DNA of 64,000 nucleotides from Sphyrna mokarran (GCA_024679065.1 JAGIQG010000022.1:22816001-22880000), one strand, 5' to 3'; positions 23,202 through 35,904 are shown, counted from the first letter of the stretch. Made by a program: numbers and translations. Notes: generated by a model from the sequence alone, not told the origin.

Positions 23202-24288
23202 AATCATGTATTCCATAGAGATTGGAGCCAAGGCCATTCTGTTCATCATCTACATAAATGACTTGGGCTTGCGGATTTGAAAATATGACTTTTTCTTGCA
23301 CTCTCTCCCTAGATTGTGGAGGGCATGCTCCCCCACCCCCCTAGCGCCGAACCCTCTGGGTGTCGTAGGAGGGCCTGGATGGCCTTCCCTTCACTCCAAA
23401 GGATCAGACCATCAGCTCCTTGCAAGTGGGGAGCTATATTAAATCCTGCTGGAGTGAAATACTCCTGGCGGGGTGGGGGAAGTGTGGGGAGGGTGATGGC
23501 TAGCGGACCTGGAGATTTCAGTCCTAGACCTGCTAATGGGATTTTTTAATTATATGGAAATGAGGTCTGTATACATTTTGCAGCTCCGTGCCTAGTTCCA
23601 AGGAGGCTGTAGCATCCAACAGGGAACAAACTCTGCCAGAGTCTACTATCCCGCTGCACTACAAAAGCAGCACAGTGGGCTGGGAGTATAGCTCCCCATT
23701 AAGTTTGCTTTTGGATTTTGGTCTCGCTGATCTAATCCTGCTGAAAAATAGGCAGTAGAGAGCTCAAAATCACCACCGATACCTCTCCATGATTTGGCTT
23801 CTTCAGATCGCTGCTTCTTTCCATTCAAATTTAAGTCCCATTTACTGCTGGGCTGTTGATTGTGATCAAAACTGATTCGACACATTAGACTGCCTGCTCT
23901 AATGTTTAAGGTGATGTGCAAATAGGGACTGCCAAAGTCAATTTAAACCAAGCTTATGAAAAGGGCTATTCAAGAAGTAATGAAACCACTTTGAATAAAA
24001 TAAAATGTATCATATGAAAATTAAAATGTTTGATTCATTCTCATTCTTGAGTCAATGTGCCAGAGCATCCCTCTTGTATTTATGAACTTGAATTTTGCAA
24101 AGCTTATCTAAGTCAAAAGTGTGTGGAATGAATGCACGTTGAATTCGAATGAAAGAGGTAAGCAATATGCTTCATCCAAGTTAATTTGAATCCAAGCCCC
24201 CTTCATTTGTACAGTGAGCTTTCTCTGTACTTTCTCCCTGCAGTTCAGTTGGCAAGTTGATTATAACAGATGACATATATTGTTAGAG

Positions 24289-24632
24289 GGAGGTGATGGT
24301 CTGGAGGTACTATTGCTAGATCATAAATCCAGAAACTCAGCTAAGGTTCTGGGGACCTGGATTCGAATCCCGCCACAGTAGCGGGGGTAATTTGAATTTG
24401 ATAAAAAGTGAGCACTTATGAATCTACTGATGACCATGAAACCATTGTAGTTTATTGGAAAAACCCATCTGGTTCACTAATGCCCTTTTAAGGAGGCAAA
24501 TGCTGTCCTTAGCTAGTCTCTAGAGCCATGGCAATGTGATTGAATCTCAACTGCCCTCTGAACAAAGGCAGCAAGGGATGGGCAATAAAGGCTGGCTAGC
24601 CAGCGACTCCCATGTCCCGTGAATGAATAAAA
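24289..24632 (+). mobile_element. tRNA-derived SINE family 2, full length
   Basis: B-box GGATTCGAATCCC; body AACCCATCTGGTTCACTAATG; tail GGGATGGGCAATAAA...GAATGAATAAAA. Confidence 0.88.
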
Positions 24633-26244
24633 ATAATTTTGTGTGCCGGTGATAAATCAAGATGTAGTTGAGAATTCTGATTACTTCTAAATGCTCAACA
24701 TGAGGATAATGAGCATTTAATGTTTTACTATATGGTTTAAGAATATTACAAAATATTTAAGTAACATATTAATAATGTCTCTAAGAAATTAATTTATAAT
24801 ATGCCTGTAAAATGAAAGATGTATTCATGAAACATATCAGCACAAGTCAGGCACAAATTATGTGACAAAGCAAATTACCCATACGTATCCAGGCCAGGGG
24901 ATAATGCTAAAAGACCTTCATTTGGTATTTGAGCCAATTTAAACTGGTTAGAAAAGTGCTGAATCATGAGAAGCCATTTTTGAGAGAGAACTTTCATATA
25001 ACAAATGACAGATCAATATTTAAAGGTGTCAAACTATAATTGAATGAAGGACATGCCACTGTTAGATTGACAGAACAGTGAATGATTGAAATTGCTTTTA
25101 ATCATGTGCTGGGCTGAATAATCTGCTAACAAAAAGTATAACCACTCTGCTTTTTGGCATGAAATCTGAGATCTTCTGAGAATGTTTCATGGCTAATTTA
25201 CTGCATCGATGAAATTAGGGACCTTCCTTTCGGCCCAAGTCTACCTATCTACCTGACAACGGCTCAAGTCTACCTGTCATTTGAGATGTCACAACAAATA
25301 CACAAACTTTGGTTTGACGTTATGTGGTAAGGAGACATGGAGATAACTTTACTCAAGTGAAATTTGTCTTATCTTAATTGTATGTTTGTCTGAATATTTT
25401 TAATTTGTAATCTTTTGAATTCTAACATTTCAATAAAATCTAGTTTAACTGCAGAATTTTAATTGAACTGAATAAACATTTTTTTGCCTTTGTGAAATGA
25501 AAAGCTTAATGAAAAGTCTTCAAATTAATCAGGCCACCTGGAAGAATTTCCCACTACACAAGATGTTGGGTCTGATCTGTGCGAGAAATGGTTAAGAAAT
25601 TTAGAATATTTTCCGTCCACGGTGATTAACTAGAAGTAGATTGTTTATAAAGTGGTTTTCGACGTCATATTGAATGAGAAACAAGGGAGAAAAATGTTAC
25701 CTTGGGAAATCTTTGGCTGCATCAGTTTGCCATCTTAGTCTTTCAGAAGAAAAGAGGAACCATAAAGATCAGCAATTAACTTTATTTCATTAAATGTCAG
25801 GACAGGCAGGAAGCAGAGTTTCACATTAACTTTCTGTTGACAGTGTTGACACTTTGACTACAGGTGTTTATTCAGAGTTGGCGCTGTGTAATCATTTTTT
25901 CTTCCTCCTCATTTTAGGATTTCTTTTTTGAAAATGAGTAAAGTGAAAAGACATGGCAGTTTCAATAACATGTAACCGAAAATATTTTCCAAAAGCTTAT
26001 AATATTCTACTGTTATACTTCAGGGAGTCGATGAAGAATCTTTATTCATCAAGTTGGTAAAATTATGCTCAATGTCTGCCATACTATTGCAGTAAGTAAA
26101 AAATAACTTTCTGCTCATTTTCCTTGTTGGAGTGTGGTGGGGAGAAGTTCCCAACATGTATGTGGTCTTAATTTCCATGTATTATTTTATGGTTGCGTGT
26201 AAGGGAAGGATGATTGGTTAGACAGAGTGGTTTCAGAAAAGATG

Positions 26245-26560
26245 TTCCCAATGGAAGGAAAATCCAAAACTAGGGGAGTCACAGTTTGAGGATAAGAGGT
26301 AAACCTTTTAGAACAGAGGTGAGGAGAAATTTCTACATTCAAAGGCTGGTGAATGTGCGGAATTCACTACCACAGAATGTAGTTGAAGCCAAAACATGCC
26401 CGATTTCAAAAAGAAATTAGATATAGCCCTTGGGGCTAAAGGGATCAAGGGATATGGAGAAAAGGAGGGTATCAGAATATTGCATTCGATGATCAATCAG
26501 GATCAAAATGAATGGTGGAGCAGGCTCAAAGGGCCAAATAACCTGCTTCTAGTTTCCATG
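26245..26560 (+). mobile_element. Old CR1 3' end
   Basis: SKTRG..LRIRGKPFRTEVRRNF trace; UTR GAATGGTGGAGCAGGCTCAAAGGGCC. Confidence 0.8.
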
Positions 26561-27649
26561 CATGCCCTATTGTAAAATCATGCATCATAAATCAAAAGTA
26601 ACTTAATATATTTATTGACCAATAATTGAAACAATATCCTGGTGAGTTGATACAGCAGTTCCTAAGATGCTTGAACATTTGCATAATTTTGAACCAGAAA
26701 TTCCAATCCCATTATGTAGAGAAAACCGCATCAAGGAGCATGAATAAGCCATATCTTAACCCATTCACAAAGCTACCAGACAATTGCCTGGTACTTAATT
26801 AGGCGGGGACAAATCATTGGATCTTATCACCTCAGATAATAAACGGTGGCTGCGAAAATAACTCACCCAGCTATAATCTAATGTAAACTGAAATCTACTG
26901 GTCATGACCATGTTTAGGTAAGTGGTCAGTTGGAGAATAAGGATCATGTAACAAGCCAACTAACCCTCTTTGTGTTAAAGAAATTGTTTTTCTCTAGGCC
27001 GTGCACAGTTGCAGAAGAAATCTCGAAAAGACAGGACACTGAATGGGACACATCCTTTCTCTCTCTCTCTCTCTCTCTGTCACCATCCAGCCTGAGTCAT
27101 GGCTGCTGTTTGACAATCCACAAATTTTGGGCAACATTTTAAGAATCAACATGGCAGCTGCTGACTTCATCAGAACAGATACAAGTCGTCTGTCAACGTA
27201 TTTGAATTTCTTGATACCGAATCCAGAGTAACTTTTGAGCTAGCTGAAACCATCCCAGTCACCAATCTTTAATTCTAACTGGGTTTTAAAAAAATGCTTA
27301 AACAATTTTCCTACTTTGTAACATACTTATATGTCTGCTTGAACCTTTGAGTGCGAGTGTGTGAAAGTCAGCATATTTTTATTATTTCACTTATATTGGA
27401 TTAGATTCAACAAATATTATTCTCTTTTCTTTTTAAAAACCTATGTGGAAACCTACCTGTTCATATTTTTTATAGGCACAGCGTACAAACAATTAAACAC
27501 TCACTGAATTGACAAACATTCTTTAAAAAAAAACCATCGCAGTCAAACAAGGCATGTGAAAAGAGGGGAATCACTTTCTATCTTTTTTTCACCCTAATTG
27601 TAACAGCCAGTGGCAGGATTTGTGACTTTATTATCGCCTCCGACGTTGT

Positions 27650-27805
27650 TTTCACCGTCGCTGGATCAAAATCCTGCAACGCCTTTCCTAAAAGCATTGT
27701 GGGTGTCCCTGCATCACATGGACCACAACAGCTCACTACCACCCTCTCAAGGACAATTAGGGATGGACAACAAATGCTGCCTTTGCCAGTGGTACCCATA
27801 TTTCT
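27650..27805 (+). mobile_element. 3' end of CR1/L2-group LINE (likely partner of SINE family 2)
   Basis: FTVAGSKS.N..P.SIVG trace followed by CTCAAGGACAATTAGGGATGG.CAA.AAATGC. Confidence 0.7.
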
Positions 27806-28618
27806 TGAAATTTTTTTTAAAAATTATCAAAATGTATAATATCAGCTAATTGATTTAAGCCTAGATGCTTTAAATTGATCAATGTCCACCATAGAATGAT
27901 AGGTAGATAGATGGATATTGTATGGATGCACTAAATAATTGCAGCATAGTATCGCCAACAGTAATAGGCCTTCATTTCATAAACTGCACTGATTCTTTTT
28001 GAGGTTTCTGCATGAATTAGTTTTCTATCCATGCATAATATTGTACTGCTTTACTTTTGACTGGTTTCAGAGCTTAACACATCTGCCAATTGTCAAAAAC
28101 ATCTCAAGAATTATTTGATTTGGTTCAAATTCCAGCAGGAAGCCAAACAATTTATCCCTTCGATACTTCTGATAACCAGATGGGAACATTGGCCACAGGA
28201 TCAGGCCTAAAGTGTTATATACCACACTTAAATCTTGTTGGTGAGCAAATAAGATATTTTAAAAGTAGCACACCAATATAAATGTAACTACTCAACTGGG
28301 ATCACATAAGTTTCTTTCCAGTTTTCAAGTGGAACACATTTGATTATATAGAGAAAACTCTGCTTGCTGCTTGAAAGCTTTTTTTTTTAATCCCAAGTCA
28401 TGAAGGAGAATTAAGTACATTAGAGCAGATCAACATGGAACAACTGAACTAATGCCAGATGCATTCTACAACCCAATTTTCCATCAATATAGGGGAAGAA
28501 TATCTGACTCCACATAGTTGGTGTTAGTCGTTGCTCCCAGGGAGTGCATGTTTGTAGCTCTGGGATGTGGGTAAGGCAACATGCAGGATTCTTTTTATTC
28601 ATTCGTAAGATGTTTGAC

Positions 28619-28885
28619 ATTGTGGCACAGCGGTTAGCTCTGCTGTCTCACCGTGTCAGGGGTCCGGGTTCAATTCCTGGGTCACTGTTTGTGCAGAGTC
28701 TGCACATTCTCCCCATGTCTGCATGGGTTTCTTCGGGTGCTCCGGTTTGTTTCTGCAGTCTGTAAGACATGCTGGTTAGATGGATTGGCCATGCTAAATT
28801 CTCCCTCTGTATCCGAACAGATGGCGGATGGGGGATTTTCATTGTAGCTTCATTTCAGTAGGCTTACTTGTAACAGTAATAAATT
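28619..28885 (+). mobile_element. V-SINE, alternative-tail subfamily
   Basis: Core followed by AAATTCTCCCTC...GGGGATTTTCA...TACTTGTAACAGTAATAAA. Confidence 0.85.
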
Positions 28886-28904
28886 AATTTTAAACTTCTG
28901 TGAG

Positions 28905-29214
28905 TGTCACTGACTGCGTATTGCCCATCCATAATTGCCCTTGGACTGAATGCCTTATGAGGACATTTAAACATGACCCACATTGCTGTGAATCTGGAAT
29001 CATGTGTAGGCTGGACCAGAACCAGGTAAGGATGGCAGGTTTCCTTCTCTGAGTGAGCCAGGTGAGGTTTTATTACAATCAAAAATGGTTGCATCAGTAG
29101 ACCTTTAATTCCAGATTTTTATTGCAATTCAAATTTCATTATCTGCCTAAGGGATGTAAGCCTAGGTTTCAGTGTTACTAATACTAACACAATATCACTA
29201 CACCGCTGTCTCCT
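28905..29214 (-). mobile_element. tRNA-derived SINE family 2
   Basis: Homologous to 7886-8236. Confidence 0.75.
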
Positions 29215-29296
29215 CTTGATTCCCCCCACCCCCAAAGTGAACAGACCTTCCTGTCCAATTTCTTAACCTAGAAAGCAAAACCTTCACTAAGAGAAA

Positions 29297-29472
29297 GACA
29301 AAATACTGCAGATATTGAAATCTTAACCAAGCACAGAAAATGCTGGAAAATCTCAGCAGGCCTGGCAGCATCTATGGAGGGAAAATAAAACTGACATTTT
29401 GAATCTGGATGACCCTTGACCTGAAACATGAACTCAATTCTCCCCACGGATGCTGTCAGACCTACTGAGAAT
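29297..29472. mobile_element. Short PLE-derived fold-back element (family C)
   Basis: TCTCAGCAGGCCTGGCAGCATC...GATGCTGTCAGACCTACTGAGA inverted arms; same terminal sequence as 5325-5360 and 61885-61920. Confidence 0.7.
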
Positions 29473-29700
29473 ATGGCTGTTCTGACTGTAACCTCAACCC
29501 CACATTCGCCCGTACCTCCGATAACATTTCACCCCCTTGCTAATCAAGAATCTATCCAACTCTGCCTTATAAATATTCAAAGACTCTGCTTCCACTTTTG
29601 AGGAAGTGACTTCCAGAGACTTACTACCCTCTGAGAGAAAACATTTCTTCTCATCTCTGTCTTAAATGAACAATCCCTTATTTTTAAACAGTGGTCCGTA
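29473..29700 (-). mobile_element. Old CR1 3' end
   Basis: Minus-strand FKTEMRRN.FSQRVV.LW.SL trace. Confidence 0.7.
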
Positions 29701-29807
29701 ATTCTGGAAATTTGTTGTGATCTAGTTTTTAGTAATGGAGATTAATTGCCTATTTGAAGAATAAAGTTTGATTGAACTCTACTAAATCTGACTGCTTAAA
29801 AAAAGGA

Positions 29808-30056
29808 GGAGATGCTGGCGTTGGACTGGGGTGGGCACAGTAAGAAATCTCACAATACCAGGTTAAAGTCCAACAGGTTTATTTGAAATCATGAGTTTTT
29901 TGGAGCTCTGCCCCTTCATTATGTGAGTGGAGGTTAGTTAGTGAGTGGAGACTAGCCTCCAATCACCTCCACTCATCTGATGAAATAGCAATGCTCTGAA
30001 AGCTCATGATTCCAAATAAACCTATGGCCTTTAACCTGGTGCATGAGACTTCTTAC
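29808..30056. mobile_element. PLE-derived fold-back element (family A) with two opposed hammerhead motifs
   Basis: Arms GTAAGAAATCTCA...AGGTTAAAG...TTTATTTG / CAAATAAA...CTTTAACCT...TGAGACTTCTTAC; plus-strand motif CAT CTGATGA..GAAAGCTC ATG at 29974-30008. Confidence 0.8.
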
Positions 30057-30403
30057 TTGCCCAAAAAGACATTTGGACGGTTAATGAAATTTGAAAAGTA
30101 TGATGCAGAATAGACAGGACTAGGCTGCAGATAATAAGGCCATGAGAAACCATTGCAAACACCAGGAAAAGTGTTTGTTAACATCAATCTGTAGTCATGA
30201 AGGACAGAGAAAGTGAGAAGTTAAAACATGTTCATTGCAGCAAGAATGGTAGAAAACTGACATTCTGAAGTGTAACAGAAAACAGTTCAGGAGATGGAGT
30301 CTGGAGAAACTCTGCAGTGATGGATTGTTAACCTTAGTCTCCTGGTAAAGAACATTCAGCCATTGAGGTGTGAGTTACACTTCTAATGATGACTGTATGA
30401 ATT

Positions 30404-30700
30404 TAGAATCCCTAGAATACAGAGGGAGACTATTCGGCCCTTCGAGTCTGCACTGACCACAATCCCATCCAGGCCCTATCCCTGCAACCCTACCCTACTA
30501 ATCCCCCTTACACTCGGGTCAATCAAGCATGGCCAATCCAGCTAACCTGCACATCTTTGGTTCGTAGGAGGAAACCGAAGAACCCAGAGAAAACCCACAC
30601 AGACACAGGGAGAATGTGCAAATTCCATATAGATAGTGGCCTGAGGCTGGAATTGAACCTGGGTCCTTGGTACTGTGAGGCAGCAGTACAAACCACTGGG
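30404..30700 (-). mobile_element. HE1-type V-SINE
   Basis: Reverse-complement head, core and tail. Confidence 0.88.
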
Positions 30701-31474
30701 CTCCCAATTTCTATCCAAGTCACTTCTGATCTTACCAAAGAGTGTCTATAAAAACCCATCGCCGAACCTCTCCTTCAGCTCATAATTAAGCACAGACTGA
30801 ACTTCTTACCCTTGTGACGAGTTGTGTATTTGCTTGTCGGTCACGTCACATTCTCAGAATCATCGGTTGATGTTGTGAAGCAAGAGTAAGCCATCCTATT
30901 ACTAAACAAGACTGTGATATAATTCAATTATTTCCCTTTGACATACAATCTACCTTGTAAATCTTATCATTGGAGCAGGGGAACAGATTGCTATTTGCCG
31001 CAGAGTGTGTGGTTCAAGTGGAAGAAATATGAAAGAGAGCCTTGCGGCCCTCCATGTACATGTTGTCTAAACATCATCTTAATGGTAATGGTCAGACCAC
31101 GAGATACTTGTAAAAGCAGCTGCAGTTGTTTTAAATAGCTTTCTCTGCAAAATGCTTTTATCGTATGCTGCAGGATTGTGGTGTCTTTCTCACCTAGGTC
31201 AAGGAAATATATGCATCAATTTATCACTGTAACACTAACATACCTGTGTTCAGTATTCTCTAACAGTGGTGAAATGCATTAGAAGATCTTTCATAAAATC
31301 ACTCACCATGTGCTTTTCCAATTTTTTGCAATTAGTGCTTTAGCTCCACAATTCTTGGAGTTTTCAATGTCGCTATGAGGGCAGGACTTGTTTAACATTT
31401 GGAAATGACTGTTAGACAATTTCAACTCTTAATTGGAAGCCGTTTTCCTTGAGTTACTTGCTTGTTTAAATGGA

Positions 31475-31682
31475 CGGTAAGTAGTCTCACAACACTAGCT
31501 TAAAGTCCAACAGGTTTATTTGGTGACAAGCTTTTGGAGCGCTGCTCTTTCATCAGGTAAGTTGCCTGATGAAGGAGCAGCACTCTGAAAGCTTGTGCTA
31601 TCAAATAAACTGGACTTTAACCTCGTGTTGTGAGCCTACTTACTGCGCCCACCCCAATCCAATTACAGGCAATTCTACATCA
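31475..31682. mobile_element. PLE-derived fold-back element (family A), two opposed hammerhead motifs, 12-bp TSD
   Basis: TGTTTAAATGGA at 31463-31474 and 31683-31694; ACAAGCTTTTGGAGCGCTGCTCTTTCATCAGG taagttg CCTGATGAAGGAGCAGCACTCTGAAAGCTTGT. Confidence 0.88.
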
Positions 31683-32211
31683 TGTTTAAATGGAAATCTT
31701 GCTTCCCATATTGCTTAACTCAGATTGCTTCATTCATAAAACTGTTGGACAATTGAAGTATCAAGCCCAAATCTCTCCGGGGGAGTTGGATTAGATGATA
31801 GACCTTTATTCCATATGTCCATTGTGGAAGTTTCTCATTACAAGAGAGAATGAATCGTTGGGGTAAGCTTTGAAAAATGAATTCAGTCTATCTTTATCGA
31901 AATGAATAGAAAAGTGCTAAAAAAAACTCCTTAATTTTCACTAAGCTGCAAGAAATGAAAGGAAAATTGGAAATGACTAGTGCTGGTGTGTTGCGCATGA
32001 TTTTAAAATGTTACCTTGCATGAGCAAATAATTTGCATTTGATTTGCAGAACAGCTGATGGAGGTATTTGTTAGCTACTGAATCAGATGGGATGACCATC
32101 GGTCTACACTCTAATTACATCCATTTCTGGGCTAACCCTTAAGAGAGTCAGCTGTGGCATCGTTGTAGCTATCTAATCTCTAAGTCAGAGGGTTGTGGGT
32201 TCAAATCTTAA

Positions 32212-32310
32212 AGGGGAGTTAGTTAGCTCATTTGGCTGGACAGCTGGTTTGTGATGCAGAATGACGCCAATAACGCTGGTTCAATTCCCGTACCAACTGA
32301 GGTTATTCAA
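32212..32310 (+). mobile_element. 5' part of tRNA-SINE family 3; fuller copy at 38757-38958 (-)
   Basis: TAGCTCA.TTGG...GGTTTGTGATGCAGA...GGTTCAATTCC; the reverse complement matches 38890-38958. Confidence 0.65.
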
Positions 32311-32469
32311 TCTCAATATTGCCTCTTTCCACTGGTGAGTGGAACTAGGGGGCATGGCCTCAAAATAAATGTTATCAGATTTAGGACTGGATTGAGGAGG
32401 AATTTCTTCACACAAAGAGTCGTGATTCTGTGGAATTCCTTGTCCAGTGAAGCAGTTGAATGTTTCTAA

Positions 32470-32645
32470 ATGTGGCTAATCCATCTAGTCTGCAAATCTT
32501 TGGACTATGGGAGTAACCTGGAACACCCAGGAAAAACCAGCGAGCAGACATGGGGACAATGTGCAAACTCTACATAGGCAGTTACTCAAATTGGAATTGA
32601 ATCTGTATCCTGGGTGCTGTGAGGCAGCAGCGCTAACCACTGCCA
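32470..32645 (-). mobile_element. HE1-type V-SINE, 5' portion
   Basis: Reverse-complement head and core. Confidence 0.75.
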
Positions 32646-35600
32646 AGACAGGGGAATGAGTAAATGCAGAATGATTCACTTTGTGTACAAGACCAGGAAC
32701 CCCAAATAGATTGTATTTATGTGTTCTGGCCCATTCCTATAGGCATCCAACCTACGTGTAGTTTTGTCATGCTGGAAAGCACTGATCCAGATTCTGATGA
32801 ACCTAATAATACCACACAGCATATTTGCCCAAATTATGCACATCCATCATTGTCAGTCCTAATGAAGCACATCTGTTCAGAGGGCAGTAAAACAGCTGTA
32901 GGGAACCCAGATTAGTATGGGTGCTGATAGAAACTGATGGCTTATTGTGCATTAAGTGGTGCAACACAGAACCTCATGACAGAAGGGTCATGGGTAGGGG
33001 TATAATGGTATTCAACTGGTTAGTGCATTAGTAGACAAATAAATAGCTAGGAAGCAACAGTAGTCAGGCCAACAGAACTAAATGGTGCTTGACTAGCTGA
33101 TGCTACAAGATGGCAAATGCATTGTGCTGAATAATCTGGCTAATTTTCCTATAAGTAAGAATCAATGTCATCTGTAAGGACTACATCTATCTGAATAGTC
33201 AAGCATCATTTGGTAATGATATCAGTTGTCAATTCCATAATCAGAAAAGCTGCAGAGACCAGCGAATGATCGTTCTCAACTCACTGGAGTAAAACAGTAC
33301 ACGACTTGAAGCCCAGATATGGAATCTTCTTAAAGATACAGCGTCATAACTTTCAACCAATCTTTTTGTCAAAACAAGTAAACTAACTCAAATTAACAAG
33401 ACAATAAATTAAAAAGGGCAGCTCCTAAAAAAGGGAACAATCCGAAACAAAAGACAAAGCAGAAAGATATGGGGCAATAATACACTCCAATCACTGTGGT
33501 GCCCAGCAGGCACAGTGTTAATGGTGCCCTCAGACACTGCATGCTCCCTCTCCAGGGACACCTGGTTGTGAATATAGCGGCAGTAGAGGGGCAGATAGTT
33601 AGGTCAAAAGACACCTTTGGTCGCCCACTGCCTGGACTTGTAGTTGGCAAGTTTTGCCATGTTTAGGAGGAGGTTTAGCCATAACTTTCAACCAGAGCCA
33701 GAAATTGATGTTCCAGTGTAATGACTTCAAGAAGGCCTGTGAGGTGGGCTCTTGGAGTATGAGCTCCTTGATTGAACTAATGATTGCCTGCCCAATCAGG
33801 GAAACTCATCTGTATGTATATTTAGGAGTGTCTGGGATACTGACACTCTGGATTCTGGCTGTGTAGCCAAAGCACTTTTAGGAATGAAGGTAAGCTTATA
33901 AATAAAGGGAATCAGAGGAGCTATTTCATTCATTAGAATTAGAAGACCTTAAAGACTTACTTGCTCTTGAAAATTGTACCGAATCTACAATGGTCAGACC
34001 TGCTTGGGGCTGCATCAAAAGAGTCCATGCGAGCCCCAGTGTTGACAATCAGCATCAGATTCAGGGAGGCCACCTCCTTTCTTTACTACACTGGCTGTCA
34101 TAAAACCGATAAGCTTAAAGGGCTCAGTGAAACTGACAGATCAGCAAGAAGATAAATGGATGGGATTTGTGTGGTTAGGAGGTGTTGGAGATCGAGGAGT
34201 AGGTTGGGGAGGAGTCAGAGGTGAGAGGATTCAGAAGTTTGGAGGTTGGGCGGATCAGCTTGGAAGATCTAGTCAGATCAAGAACTGGTTTGAGAATCAG
34301 CTTGGGAAGGTGGAGAGGAGCAGAGTGTGGTCATAGAATAGGGAGATTCCCATGGGTGGGGCTGGGATGGGAAGAATATGGTTGGAGGGGTGAGTGACAA
34401 TTCAATGGGAGATTCCTGTGCAAGGATTTGCCCGAATACTTAAAATATGCATAAATTAGAAGAGGTCTTATTTCTTTTAACTTTTTGAGTGCCTGTTAGT
34501 ATAACACTGGCAAAACCACCTGATGATTTAAATCATTTTATTGGATGGTTCCCAGCCCAATTGTCCAGGAAAAGTTAGCATTTACGGACAATTACTGTGT
34601 AAACCATTCTCTGGGAAATTCCGAGAGGAAATCCCCAGTATCTCTGGGGTACTGTCAAATCTGACACTGGGAAGTCATGAGCTACAGTGTCCTCCTTTTA
34701 AAGTTTATTTAAGCGGAGTAACTTAAGCAATTTTGATTTCAATAATGTCTCTGCTAATTCACGAGCATCACAATAACTGGGAGCAGCTTAGGATGGCCGA
34801 ATGGGTACCACTCCCAGCAAGGCCATAATGGCAAATGAACCCAGAAGATTCTGTGCTGAGCATATTAGTGCCATTTAAATTAGCATTAAAATATATGCAC
34901 ATGATATATTCAGCTCACCGGAAATCCAGCTCTTGTAAGATCGCAACAGCAGAGGAAATCGGATGTGATCCTGATTTTTTTTGACTCTCACACACTGGGT
35001 GTTGTGAATCAGTAAAATCCCGGCCCTTGGGAAATGCCAGCAATGAACTCCATTGAAACTGTAGGAATTGTCTACCAATTACAGCAGTCCAGCGGCTGTG
35101 GTATTTCAAACTATGACTGCTTCTGCCTGTCCTCTTTTTTTTTTAACATCGTTTAAAGGGTTTGGAGTTTAAATAACTTAATATCAGCACAGAAAGCTAG
35201 CAAGTTTACTATCAAATAAATTGGTTGGATTTAAAGTTGGTGTTGTCAGACCTCTTACTTTGTGTTTCCTGCCAGTGTGAGTCACAGTTCACTCCTTCCC
35301 ATTGCCCAGCCCTTGGTAAATGGGGTGGGACTATCTCATCCAGGTCCCATCCACCATTTTTTAAAGATTTATAGAGCCATTAAATCTACTGACCTTAATT
35401 CACTCAGTTTGTAGATACCAGAAGTACCAACTCAATTTCCAAGTATCAATTTGACTGGTGGCTAAATGGCAATGTTAGAAGGTCATGAGTAGGCATCTTT
35501 GCAATTCCTGGGTGCTTGTGCCAGAATTGCACTAAGCTACATCTCTGCTCATAGAAAACGGGCATCCAAGGCTGCTCTAAGTGAATGTGTATACGAAGGA

Positions 35601-35904
35601 GTGCCCACAAGAAGATTTATTCCTATCTTTCCAGGCCTTCTTTCCCTATTTGCATTTCCTGCAGCACCACTTCCGTTTCACCGGCTTTCAACAGGGAGCT
35701 TAACTTTTAGACAGCAGCAGAAAATTTTACATCTTTCAGCTCCGAGCAACGTGGAGAACATGTTAGGAGGTTTCGTAAAGTCCATTAATGTTTCTCGCAC
35801 ACTGTTTCCGCCCCCCGTCGTTATTTACAGATAATTTAACAATCGACCATTGAAGATGCTTCTTAAAAGTTTAATTGCATCCGATTTCCTGTCCTTAGTG
35901 TAAA

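Noticed and set aside
26024-26097. Plus-strand exon (cttcag GGAGTC...TTGCA gtaagt)
   Set aside because: Weak pyrimidine tract, unrecognisable peptide and no partner exons; expected by chance.
26715-27605. Solo LTR candidates (also ~9130-9280, ~33700-33920, ~38272-38445)
   Set aside because: They show LTR-like composition or TATA/AATAAA, but I could not define both termini and a TSD.
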